DNA from: Bacteroidota bacterium
GTDB lineage: Bacteria; Bacteroidota; Bacteroidia; Palsa-948
DNA: 55,456 bases
NCBI GenBank assembly: GCA_023251675.1
Contig: JAHEYJ010000003.1
Location: 1 to 55,456 of the forward strand
Reading direction: 5' to 3'
The translations under genes and the position numbers were made by a program. Every line of letters starts with the position of its first letter. The stretch's first letter is position 1. This document shows, piece by piece, positions 1 through 8,747 of this stretch. Below the pieces are notes generated by a model. That model searched no databases. It saw only the letters and a list, made by a program, of their open reading frames with translations, and was not told where the DNA came from.

Positions 1-104
1 ACTATAGACCTCATCAATCACTTAATGGACAAACACCAATAGAATACAAAAAACAAAATCAATTAAAAATCAATCAAATCACTAACTTTGAATTGGCACT
101 ATAA
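1..104 (+). CDS. IS3-family transposase OrfB, C-terminal end (partial, runs off window start)
   Basis: Frame from position 3 reads YRPHQSLNGQTPIEYKKQNQLKINQITNFELAL*, matching the RPHxSLxxxTP C-terminal motif of the IS3 integrase core. Not in the ORF track. Confidence 0.8.
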   Translation, partial: YRPHQSLNGQTPIEYKKQNQLKINQITNFELAL

Positions 105-120
105 AAAGGGATGCTTACCA
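1..120 (+). mobile_element. Right end of an IS3-family insertion sequence
   Basis: Transposase stop at 102-104 is followed by AAAGGGATGCTTAC(CA), resembling an IS3 terminal inverted repeat. Exact end 118-120 is uncertain. Confidence 0.65.
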
Positions 121-335
121 TTACCCCACATGTGTTCAGGCATACTCTCGCAACACTGCTCCTTGAAAAGGATGTGGATATAAGATACATTCAATCTATC
201 CTTGGGCATAGTTCTATTATGACAACGCAAATTTATACTCATGTAAATCGCAAAAAACAAAGACAAATCCTTACGGCAAAGCATCCGAGAAAAGATTTTT
301 CCATGCCGGATTTAGTTATTCTGAATAAAGGATAA
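111..335 (+). pseudogene. Tyrosine recombinase, C-terminal fragment interrupted by IS3
   Basis: ITPHVFRHTLATLLLE...IQSILGHSSIMTTQIYTH contains HxxR, LGH and the catalytic Tyr. The N-terminal part is replaced by IS sequence, and the ATG at 111 lies in the IS end. Confidence 0.85.
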
Positions 336-345
336 CTAAGAATTA
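323..345 (+). repeat. Left inverted repeat (candidate recombination site) GAATAAAGGATAACTAAGAATTA
   Basis: 22/23 identical to the reverse complement of 3025-3047. Overlaps the recombinase stop codon and ends 5 nt before ATG 351. Confidence 0.9.
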
Positions 346-350
346 GCATT

Positions 351-1847
351 ATGTCAAATAAAAATGATTTGATCCCTTTTTCCGACACTGATATTGATTC
401 TATTGCAAATAATCCTTTTCGGAAAGAAATTGATTTTAGCAAGATTTTGCGTATAAAATTTCAAGCAAGAGATATCATCAGCTGTAAGTTATATGGAAAA
501 ATTACCAGTAATCACAACTTTAATAGAGCTAATCTTGTGCAATCTCACTTGTCGGAAATTACCTGTGAAAAAGGAAATTTTAAGTTGGTAGACATTAAGG
601 ATTGTTTTATAGGCAATTCTATTTTTCATAATACAAACTTTGATAGTGGCGCTTGGCTTGAAAATAATATTATCGAATGCAAATTCACCAACTGTCGCAT
701 TACTAATAAATCAATTACAAATACGCAATTTAAAAGGGTTTCATTTTTAAAAGTAGATTTCACAAATATAAATATCAAAGGCTGTGAATTTATCGAATGT
801 ATTTTTGAAGCATGTGTGACTTCAAATAAACTCTTCGAATCCTGTATATTACAAGATTGTGAAATAATTGATACAGTAATTCATATAGAAACAATTACCG
901 AGAATTTTGGACTTACAGCTACTCAAGTAAAGGGAGGAAAAATAATTATTAGTAAAAACAGGAACTCTGCAAAGACATTAACAAAGGAAGATTTAGCACA
1001 AATGTTAGAAAGTCCAGATTTCTTTGATGATATACCGAGATTTCGTTTGGCGTTTTTCCTCAATGGATTAGAAACCTTTTATTCAGATTTTTTTGAAAAT
1101 GCACTTCAAATTTTAAAATGGGCAGAGGGAATGGCAATCGCTTCAAGCTTTACCAATCTCCTTCAATCTTTTTCTAGGTATTTATTATTGCTATTCGATA
1201 AAAATATTTTATCTGTTCACCCATTACTGGTTATGCATCATAATACAGGAATGCTATCAAGACATATGGGTTCAAATTCTAATCCTCATTTTAATACAGT
1301 TATGGGAGTGCATATGACCTTATCTCGAATCGTTGAACAATATTTATCTGCATTAATTCATTTACTTGAAAATATTCAAAATCCAGTTAGATTTTTGGTT
1401 GTGGGGCCAATAGATATTAAATATTATGAAAAAGAACTTGCTTTTCTTTTTACGGGAAAGAGTGTAAGGATTACAAAAGTTATAAAACACAATTCTCCAA
1501 ATGAATTATTTGTTGCATGGTCAGAACTTTCTGGTGTGGCTTCACTTATTGCAATTGCTTTATCTACAAAATGTAATTTTGAGATTGAGAAAATCAAGAA
1601 AAAACAAAATGTGCATTCTAATACCAAGTCCTCAAAAAATAAAAATTTAATAAAGACAAATTCACTCGTTAATTTGTCCCCTATCTCATATTTCAAATTT
1701 TTAATGGGCTTCGAAAAGCAAGACAAAAATGAGTTTCAAATACAACTACTTTCAATACTTCCTGGAGATTTGTTTTTGAAACTTGGACTAAAAATTCATT
1801 CAAAACTGCTTGGTAAAATTTCTAGTATCATTAAAGAAATTTTATAA
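351..1847 (+). CDS. Pentapeptide-repeat protein with unknown C-terminal domain
   Basis: About residues 50-185 show 5-residue periodicity (NFNRANLVQSHLSE, CKFTNCRITN, CEFIECIFEAC). The C-terminal ~300 aa is not recognised. Confidence 0.8.
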   Translation: MSNKNDLIPFSDTDIDSIANNPFRKEIDFSKILRIKFQARDIISCKLYGKITSNHNFNRANLVQSHLSEITCEKGNFKLVDIKDCFIGNSIFHNTNFDSGAWLENNIIECKFTNCRITNKSITNTQFKRVSFLKVDFTNINIKGCEFIECIFEACVTSNKLFESCILQDCEIIDTVIHIETITENFGLTATQVKGGKIIISKNRNSAKTLTKEDLAQMLESPDFFDDIPRFRLAFFLNGLETFYSDFFENALQILKWAEGMAIASSFTNLLQSFSRYLLLLFDKNILSVHPLLVMHHNTGMLSRHMGSNSNPHFNTVMGVHMTLSRIVEQYLSALIHLLENIQNPVRFLVVGPIDIKYYEKELAFLFTGKSVRITKVIKHNSPNELFVAWSELSGVASLIAIALSTKCNFEIEKIKKKQNVHSNTKSSKNKNLIKTNSLVNLSPISYFKFLMGFEKQDKNEFQIQLLSILPGDLFLKLGLKIHSKLLGKISSIIKEIL

Positions 1848-1850
1848 TTC

Positions 1851-3023
1851 TTAATTGGTATATTTTTTTAATATCTCAATCCCTTCGAGTATATGAAAAG
1901 GTCTATTATAATAATTTACCCTTATGTGTTCTTCTCCGTTTTCAAATGCAAAACCCATATGCGATCCAAGTAGTATAGGCACTCCTTGCTGAACGCAAAA
2001 TCTTATTAGTTTATTTCTATGGAAAAAATGGTTTTTGCTGCCAAAATTAAGTCTAATAGCACCAAGGTACCCATTGGATGTAGGAATTACGTGCCAATTT
2101 TTTTCTCCTAATAACGACTGTTCAACTTTGGCTCTAATTTTCAGCACCTGCTGATTTGCAATATTCAACAGACTTCTAAACACATCATGTTTTTGTGAAT
2201 GATGATATGCTAACTGTAAACTAAAATAATCTATTGCTCCGCCATACATAGTCGTATGCTCTCGTATTGTAGAAGAAATTGTTTTAGGATGTATAATAAA
2301 GGCAATTCTTGGACCATTAATTCCTAAAGGCTTATAAAAATTTCTAAATCTTATTACTGAATCTAACCTTCCGGATAATCCGCTTAAAAGTGATGGAAAT
2401 TTTTGCTCTACAGCCTCATCAATAACTAAGAAATTGTTTTTCCCCAACATATCAATAATACTTCTTATGTATTTAATATCTTGATCTGTTCCCATTGAAG
2501 CTCTTGGCTGAGTAATCCACACAGCACAAGGAGAGTTATTTTTTATCAGTTTACGGCTAATAGAAAATTGGTAATTATTATGGGAGTATGTAGGAATATA
2601 AATATTTTTAAATCCTAATTTTTTTGACTGAAGAGATGTAGCAAAATATTCTGGGGTTTCAAAAATTATTTTATTTACTCCTAATGATTGTAAAGAAGCT
2701 AATATTATTTGACTGGCCAAGGTTGATGATTGACAGTATGTTATATTAGATAGGTCTAAACTCCGTCCATCTTCCCATTTTTCTATTAATCTTAAGATGG
2801 ATATAAATTTTCTTTTTAATCCGGGATGATTATTGCTGTGATACCAATTAATGTTTTTCCCTTCAAATTGTATTTTCGAAAAGAAACCTTCAAGATCAGA
2901 AGAAGTGTCTGACCAGCCAGAAATGTCTGCGACCAAACGATTTTTATCTAAGATTTGTTTCTTTAATAATTTATCTACTCTTTCGAAATCATCAGATGAA
3001 AAATATTTATTTACCAATTGCAT
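1851..3023 (-). CDS. PLP-dependent aminotransferase class I/II-like protein
   Basis: Fold-type I motifs: WITQPRASMG (NP-like), LVIDEA, NFYKPLGINGPRIAF (PLP Lys plus GxR) and C-terminal HIRVNY. Confidence 0.8.
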   Translation of the reverse strand: MQLVNKYFSSDDFERVDKLLKKQILDKNRLVADISGWSDTSSDLEGFFSKIQFEGKNINWYHSNNHPGLKRKFISILRLIEKWEDGRSLDLSNITYCQSSTLASQIILASLQSLGVNKIIFETPEYFATSLQSKKLGFKNIYIPTYSHNNYQFSISRKLIKNNSPCAVWITQPRASMGTDQDIKYIRSIIDMLGKNNFLVIDEAVEQKFPSLLSGLSGRLDSVIRFRNFYKPLGINGPRIAFIIHPKTISSTIREHTTMYGGAIDYFSLQLAYHHSQKHDVFRSLLNIANQQVLKIRAKVEQSLLGEKNWHVIPTSNGYLGAIRLNFGSKNHFFHRNKLIRFCVQQGVPILLGSHMGFAFENGEEHIRVNYYNRPFHILEGIEILKKYTN

Positions 3024-3024
3024 A

Positions 3025-3047
3025 TAATTCTTAGTTATCCGTTATTC
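3025..3047 (-). repeat. Right inverted repeat (candidate recombination site) GAATAACGGATAACTAAGAATTA
   Basis: Reverse complement of 323-345 with one mismatch. Ends 1 nt before the aminotransferase ATG at 3023. Confidence 0.9.
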
Positions 3048-3188
3048 GCGAGTAAAAGTATGAAATAATTTACTATACCCTTTGTTACTGCTGGAAAACC
3101 ACATCGCTCTGGACATGTATAATGAAAATTGATATACTGCTATAATAGGGTTTAGATTTCCTTATTATAAAATAACCAAAGTATATAT

Positions 3189-3692
3189 ATGCCTTTAGAA
3201 AAACCAATTCAAACAATAAGAAAAGCAATCAAAGGAACAGCCGAAAATGCCGCAGAAAAAGAATCTCTTGAAAAACCAACATCAAGACATTTTGAACAGA
3301 CTCTATCTTTGTATAAACAAATACGAGATGAGAGCCCCGAAATGCTTGAAAAACTCATAACCGTAACTGCTAAAGCAAAAGAGTTAAAAGATGAACTTGG
3401 CCCATCCTTAGATAGAACATTTAGGAAAGTATGGAGTGAATTGAATGAAAAATATAAAAACGAAATTATTACAAAGGTTGAAAAATTGGAAGATGAAAAT
3501 CTAATCTCCCAAGAATATAAACGTAAACTTGTAACTATTACCGGAAAAATATTTAATAAAATTAGTGAAGAATTCAGAAATGACCCACGCATAATTGTTG
3601 CTTTTACAGAGAAAGAAGAGCTTCTTGAAAAAGCCATTACGTTTTCTACCTCAGGTGCTCTTGAGCTATTTGATATCCCCGGATTAGTTTAA
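3189..3692 (+). CDS. Hypothetical helical, charged protein
   Basis: 167-aa ORF filling an AT-rich gap, with no recognised motif. Confidence 0.6.
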   Translation: MPLEKPIQTIRKAIKGTAENAAEKESLEKPTSRHFEQTLSLYKQIRDESPEMLEKLITVTAKAKELKDELGPSLDRTFRKVWSELNEKYKNEIITKVEKLEDENLISQEYKRKLVTITGKIFNKISEEFRNDPRIIVAFTEKEELLEKAITFSTSGALELFDIPGLV

Positions 3693-3744
3693 ATAAATCA
3701 ACATACTTCCCCGTCCGTATTTGCATAGGAATATCTTACTTATG

Positions 3745-4011
3745 TCATCGTGATCGGCCTTTTTCTTTGCTTTTGACTCGTGACCTTATTATTAAAGGTC
3801 TAATTTCGAGTTTCACGTCTTCTGGTCTAATTTTCTCCCACGTGTTTGTTCTATAATAACCTTGCCGTTCGTACCTCAAAGGAAATTCCTTAACGAATTT
3901 TTCAGCTTCTTCTCTTGTCATTGAACCATCTCCATGACAATCACAAGAGGCGGGAATTCCGTCTGTATTATTAAACACTATATACCTGGTATTTTTATTG
4001 TTGTTTTGCAT
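3745..4011 (-). CDS. Small hypothetical protein with basic C-terminal tail
   Basis: 88 aa, 22 bp downstream of the relaxase on the same strand. Its tail RSRVKSKEKGRSR resembles the relaxase tail. Confidence 0.65.
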   Translation of the reverse strand: MQNNNKNTRYIVFNNTDGIPASCDCHGDGSMTREEAEKFVKEFPLRYERQGYYRTNTWEKIRPEDVKLEIRPLIIRSRVKSKEKGRSR

Positions 4012-4033
4012 TTTGCTATTTTTAAAAATGATT

Positions 4034-4882
4034 TTATCTGTTACGATTAATGTTCTTTTCTTTAGACTTCCCTTTCATTTCACTTAGTTCTTTTCCTCTA
4101 TTTAACGACTTGTTTAATTCATCCAGTTTCTCCTCTGTAAATCCGATTCTTTTCAACCGGAATTTCTTGTTAGCAAAATACACTCCGGAAATTTTATCCC
4201 CTCGCTCATACACTTTCAGTTTACTTGCTTTCAGCAATTCAAAAAAACTTTCTCTGGAACCGGCTTGATTATAGCAGGAATTCAGAATCCCAATCAACTG
4301 CTCCTTCTGCGAAGCCCTCCCTGTCCGTAGTTTCATCTGGTATTCTTTGTCGGTAAGGAGGGCTTTGGCTTTTTTTGAGTGATCAACGACTGATTTTGAT
4401 AATTCCGGAAATGTTTTCTGTTGGAAATGTTGTATGTCTTTCTTCAGCGTTTGAAACTCCGCCTTAGTCATTCTGAGGGCTTTGCCGGTGTGGTATTCTA
4501 AGCCAGAGGCGCAGATGTGAATATGCCAATGATCTGTTGTATTCATATGGGGTATTGCAACATACATTCCTTTGGGATTTCTTAATTTCATGTATTCTCT
4601 CGCCATAGTTTGCATTTTTTCCAAAGAAATATTTTTTACATCATCTTTATGCCAGGAAAGAATCTCATGGGTGAGAGATATACTGTCTTTTCTTTTGATC
4701 TTCCGGTAATTCTCATTTTCTAAAAATTGTTTCACCCAGTTATCAATACTGTCGCCTCTGAGATTATGTGTAATGACAAAACTTTTATTCTGCTCATCAA
4801 ACAAACGATCCTTATCATTCATCATGTAATCAAGAAGCTGCCGGAAACTTGGTTTCTTTCGGGTTTTGATTTTAATGATCAT
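4034..4882 (-). CDS. Relaxase/mobilization nuclease (MOBP/VirD2-like HUH)
   Basis: N-terminal LLDYM (candidate catalytic Tyr), LTHEILSWH and HMNTTDHWHIHI (HUH). Start placed at ATG 4882, overlapping the upstream gene end. Confidence 0.85.
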   Translation of the reverse strand: MIIKIKTRKKPSFRQLLDYMMNDKDRLFDEQNKSFVITHNLRGDSIDNWVKQFLENENYRKIKRKDSISLTHEILSWHKDDVKNISLEKMQTMAREYMKLRNPKGMYVAIPHMNTTDHWHIHICASGLEYHTGKALRMTKAEFQTLKKDIQHFQQKTFPELSKSVVDHSKKAKALLTDKEYQMKLRTGRASQKEQLIGILNSCYNQAGSRESFFELLKASKLKVYERGDKISGVYFANKKFRLKRIGFTEEKLDELNKSLNRGKELSEMKGKSKEKNINRNR

Positions 4883-5357
4883 GGGAAGATAAAGGAGGGT
4901 TTCTAAAAATCTCACCTAACTGGGCTTCCAGTTTCACTATTCTTTTTTCTATGGCTGCGTATTTGTCATCCCGATCAAAGAAATAACGCTCCTTTTTACT
5001 GACTATGTTTTGAATCTCATTGAGGCAATCGGAAAGAACCTGTTCCAAACGGGCAATTTGGTCTTTGTTGGGGACTATATAGGTACGATTGAGGTAAGAT
5101 AGCGCTGCCTGCCGTATAAACCCTGTAATGGGCATTTTGTGCGTTTTAGCCCCGTATTGTATCCTGCCGTATTCCCCTTTCTCCTGTGAGAAGTTGACTA
5201 TGAATTCCGGCCTGCGCGAGCGCTGACCACGCTTGTATTTGGTGAGATAATCCTTCCGATACGCTTTCTTGGCCGCTTTAATTTCAGCATCAGTGCCGTT
5301 AAGCACTCCCTGATCTTCAAGGTAATCCCACATTTTACTATTGCTTCTTTTACTCAT
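4872..5357 (-). CDS. MobC-like relaxosome accessory protein
   Basis: Lies directly upstream of the relaxase. EYGRIQYGAKTHKMPITGFIRQAAL resembles a ribbon-helix-helix. ATG 5357 overlaps the T4CP stop. Confidence 0.6.
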   Translation of the reverse strand: MSKRSNSKMWDYLEDQGVLNGTDAEIKAAKKAYRKDYLTKYKRGQRSRRPEFIVNFSQEKGEYGRIQYGAKTHKMPITGFIRQAALSYLNRTYIVPNKDQIARLEQVLSDCLNEIQNIVSKKERYFFDRDDKYAAIEKRIVKLEAQLGEIFRNPPLSSHDH

Positions 5358-6792
5358 GAACTTTTTCAATAGCTGGTAATGGAAGTACCGGCACAGAGTC
5401 AAAACAGGTTTGCGAAATAGTTCTAGGAGCAGGGATCTGGCTTAACCTGCTGTAGCGGAAGTTTTTGTAAAAAGGTTTGAGTTTGGCAAGAATCGGAGGG
5501 CGGTTTCCCGCTATGATAATGGCTTTATTCTCCTTGAGCATCCTGACCTCGGAAGCAGTCATAAGTTCCCGGATTATTTTTTTGTCGTCCTTATCCCTGT
5601 ACTCATAACGACCGAGTATTTGTTCCAGTTCTCTTGAAGTTTCCAAATTCTGTCCGGCAAAGAACATTTTTACATAACAGTTGCTTCGTATGGCTTCTGC
5701 CTCATGCTTGCCGTATTGATGGACGCACTGATCATATGTCTGGTACAGAATTAATATGCCAGCTCGGTGCTTGCGGACATTTGAAACGGCTAATTGCAAG
5801 GTCGGCATGTTCAAACTGGAAGCCTCGTCAATCAGAAAGAAAATATTCTGCTCTTCTTCTTTTGGGAATCTTGAAAGCACAAATGAGAAAAACTGCTCAA
5901 AGAAAATGCTTGTAAGCGTTGAGAAATATTTTTGGTCTGCGACAGAGTTTTGGATAAATAATACCGTTGGTTTATCCCTGAACTGCTGCATATCAATATT
6001 ATCGGTGGAAGTGATCTTTGCCACCGATTCATCGGAAAAAATCTGGAGTGCCGCCTTTACCGTGGAAATCGTGCCGCTAATGACCTTGTCATCTGCGCTT
6101 AAGAAGCTCTTGTATTCATCCCAAAGGTTTTCATCGGCGTATTGGCTGAATAGCTTATCCACCTGCTCAGGGCTTGCTCCCATTTTATTGAGAAGCATGC
6201 GCACGGTATATAAGTTCTGATATTGCGGTTCTTGCTTTTTTAAAATACTGATGAGCATTGACAAAAGCTGGATAGCCGAGTTGTTCCAGAACGGGTCCTT
6301 GGCATTCTTTCCCAGTGCGTTTGAAATTAACATGGATGACACTTTGTTAATCTCGCTTGAAGTGTTAGCGCGTAAAAGAGGATTGAATCCGGATGAAGCG
6401 TCCGGCTTTGAAAAATTTAATTGCTTGACTATAAATCCCTGCTCTTTCAGGTAGCCGCTTGATTTTAAATAATTCTCTCCGCTTGGATCATTCACAATTA
6501 CGCTGGAATTTTTTAGAGAATACAGCGTGGGCAGTAGTATAGTTGTGGTTTTTCCCAAACCAGTGGAGGCAATGACAAGGGCATTTTGATAGCTCAATTT
6601 CAGCGTAAGGTTCTTATCACCTGTCAAACAAAATCCCTTATTCCATGGACTAAGCAAAGACCAGGAACTTGAAAATTCTGCTGTATAGGATTTGTTTTTA
6701 GAATTGGTAAGGACTGATTCTAAAATCTCAACGCCCGCTCTGAGAGTTCCTTCTATTATTGAGATGATAATGTCAAAGAATTTTGTAATCAT
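5350..6792 (-). CDS. Type IV coupling protein, VirD4/TraG family
   Basis: Walker A ASTGLGKTT, VNDPSGE, FNPL, DPFW, Walker B FLIDEA, and RKHRAGILILYQ. Start placed at ATG 6792 (MITKFF). Confidence 0.9.
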   Translation of the reverse strand: MITKFFDIIISIIEGTLRAGVEILESVLTNSKNKSYTAEFSSSWSLLSPWNKGFCLTGDKNLTLKLSYQNALVIASTGLGKTTTILLPTLYSLKNSSVIVNDPSGENYLKSSGYLKEQGFIVKQLNFSKPDASSGFNPLLRANTSSEINKVSSMLISNALGKNAKDPFWNNSAIQLLSMLISILKKQEPQYQNLYTVRMLLNKMGASPEQVDKLFSQYADENLWDEYKSFLSADDKVISGTISTVKAALQIFSDESVAKITSTDNIDMQQFRDKPTVLFIQNSVADQKYFSTLTSIFFEQFFSFVLSRFPKEEEQNIFFLIDEASSLNMPTLQLAVSNVRKHRAGILILYQTYDQCVHQYGKHEAEAIRSNCYVKMFFAGQNLETSRELEQILGRYEYRDKDDKKIIRELMTASEVRMLKENKAIIIAGNRPPILAKLKPFYKNFRYSRLSQIPAPRTISQTCFDSVPVLPLPAIEKVHE

Positions 6793-6805
6793 GTTGATGG
6801 TTATT

Positions 6806-6934
6806 TTATTTAATAGTATTTTTAAGCAAGTCATTAATAAAATGAAGAATGCCTTCCAATATTCTGCCAACTCCCCAGAGAAGTATTAAGAACAGTTTGG
6901 CGATTGTTTTGACGAGTTTCTCTATTACTTCCAT
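6806..6934 (-). CDS. Small hydrophobic 42-aa protein (not in ORF track)
   Basis: MEVIEKLVKTIAKLFLILLWGVGRILEGILHFINDLLKNTIK* fills the gap between 6950 and the T4CP start, on the same strand. Confidence 0.55.
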   Translation of the reverse strand: MEVIEKLVKTIAKLFLILLWGVGRILEGILHFINDLLKNTIK

Positions 6935-6949
6935 CGTTTTAGTATTTTT

Positions 6950-7660
6950 TTAATCGTTGATGTTTGCTGAAATGTGAACGGTCGCGCCTTTGTCCTCTAA
7001 AAGTTTCTTGTAGAATGCCGTGGCGATTGTAAATGCTTTGTCGCTGTAAGTATCAATCGGCTGGAAAATGAAATACACTTCTATGCCGCCAAGGTTCTGT
7101 AATGTTTCCAACTGATCAAACTGTTTTCTGATTGCTTCGGGATCAGTTTGAAGCAGCGCAAGTGTTTTTTTGTTGTAGAAAGATAAACTGCTCGTATTTT
7201 CCATCAGGTCTGAATAGATAAGCAGGTATTTCTTGTCGGCTTTGCTTTGGGCGAGCCGGTTAAGTTCATTTGCTATGGGAAGATAAATGGAAGAATTCCT
7301 TTTGCCGACAATGGCCTGTTCTGCCTGCGCGAGAATGCCGGCAACACTTTTCTGAAACTGTTTTACCTCATCCTCCCTCTGAAATTCATTGTTCGTCCAC
7401 TGGTTTGCAGTTTCAAGTTTTATTTCCTCCGCGGGATTGAAACTTACCTGCGTGATGTCGGAGAAATGAAACACCGCCCCGTTCCACTTGTTTTGAGCAA
7501 AGTCATACAGGCGCAGAACATCTGCCACGCTTGGCTGGGCAAGCTCTTGATCGGTAATATCCCGAAATACCGCTACTTCTGTAGTAGAGGTTTGGCTTGT
7601 CATCCAGGCAATTATGAAAATGGTTATGCTAAAGAGCAGAATCAGGATTGTTGTTTTCAT
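6950..7660 (-). CDS. Membrane-anchored protein with possible vWA-like alpha/beta domain
   Basis: N-terminal hydrophobic anchor, then VAVFRDIT, SSIYLPI and LLIYSDLMEN. Confidence 0.55.
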   Translation of the reverse strand: MKTTILILLFSITIFIIAWMTSQTSTTEVAVFRDITDQELAQPSVADVLRLYDFAQNKWNGAVFHFSDITQVSFNPAEEIKLETANQWTNNEFQREDEVKQFQKSVAGILAQAEQAIVGKRNSSIYLPIANELNRLAQSKADKKYLLIYSDLMENTSSLSFYNKKTLALLQTDPEAIRKQFDQLETLQNLGGIEVYFIFQPIDTYSDKAFTIATAFYKKLLEDKGATVHISANIND

Positions 7661-8735
7661 GCGTTTTGTATTTAGTGATGATTGATTGAAAGTTTATATT
7701 TGGAATGTCCAGTTCGGGTATTTCATCGTTAAAACAATCGGGGAAATCCTTTCTGCCCATGCGATTCGCTTTTTTGTATTCATCCACGGATTCCCTGTAC
7801 ATTATTTTTATCCGCTCAATGCAGTACTCTGCTTCCATCAAAGCGCCTATGTACTTACTCAGTGTTTCATTTTTTACTTTTTCATGCTCCTGCAGCTCAT
7901 TTTCTTTTTGTTGTTTTTCCCTTTCAAGCTTTTCAAGCAGCTTCAGCTTATGAAGGCTCTTCCTGTTCTGCTCAATTTCTTCCCTAGTCGGATGGTAGTA
8001 CCATGTTGCAAAGGGGGATATCAGGAAGAAAACTAAGTTAAAGACGGTAAAATAAAAGGGGTTTACCTCTACTCCAATGCGTTGCATAAACGTTGCGCGC
8101 AGTGATGCAATAACTGAAGAAACAATAGCCATGCAAGCAGCCGATACAATGACGACAAGCCATTTTTCAAGTTTTGTTTTTGCATCTTTATATTTCCTGC
8201 CTGCAAAATGCGCTCCCAAGCTTACGCACAGGGAAACCGAGGCTGAAATCATAAGGCAGGAGATCAGGTTATCCCCTGTTACCTGAAAGGCTTTTGTGTT
8301 CAGGTACACCTCGCCGATAAAAATTCCGAAGCCGATCCAAAGTGTTGTCCTGATGCGGGAAGCAATCTCGCTGGGGTTATAGAGAGAAAGTTCCTGTTTT
8401 AATATGCAGATATGCTTTTCTAAATTATTTATGACCTCCCCCAGTTTCTTGCTAACAGCATCTGCCAGATCCTTATACTTTCTGCCTTCGGCAAGTTGTG
8501 ATATCGGCTGGATGATCTGCAGCACTTTCAATACGAGGTTTTCGTACTTCGACTTGAAATGGATATGATGAACCAGTTTGTCTTTTTTTACTAAGGGCTG
8601 GGCTGGTTCTTTCATCCCATCGTGCTTGCCATCGTTATATGCCTCCGCTTTAACCCGGGCATGCTCTGTTTCAATCATGTTTTCAACGTCATGACTTGTT
8701 ATTGTTTTTTTAATTGGAATGATCGATGGTTTCAT
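7629..8735 (-). CDS. Multi-pass membrane protein with coiled-coil flanks
   Basis: About four hydrophobic segments in the middle and K/E-rich helices on both sides. Overlaps the next gene. Confidence 0.7.
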   Translation of the reverse strand: MKPSIIPIKKTITSHDVENMIETEHARVKAEAYNDGKHDGMKEPAQPLVKKDKLVHHIHFKSKYENLVLKVLQIIQPISQLAEGRKYKDLADAVSKKLGEVINNLEKHICILKQELSLYNPSEIASRIRTTLWIGFGIFIGEVYLNTKAFQVTGDNLISCLMISASVSLCVSLGAHFAGRKYKDAKTKLEKWLVVIVSAACMAIVSSVIASLRATFMQRIGVEVNPFYFTVFNLVFFLISPFATWYYHPTREEIEQNRKSLHKLKLLEKLEREKQQKENELQEHEKVKNETLSKYIGALMEAEYCIERIKIMYRESVDEYKKANRMGRKDFPDCFNDEIPELDIPNINFQSIITKYKTHENNNPDSAL

Positions 8736-8747
8736 TTGATTTTGTTT

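Noticed and set aside
111-335. xerC/xerD or integron integrase
   Set aside because: Only a fragment inside a mobile element, and too little sequence to see the IntI-specific insertion. No attC-like sites were recognised.
5909-5917. GCTTGTAAG match to the att core
   Set aside because: Short match inside the intact T4CP gene with no tRNA 3' half beside it.
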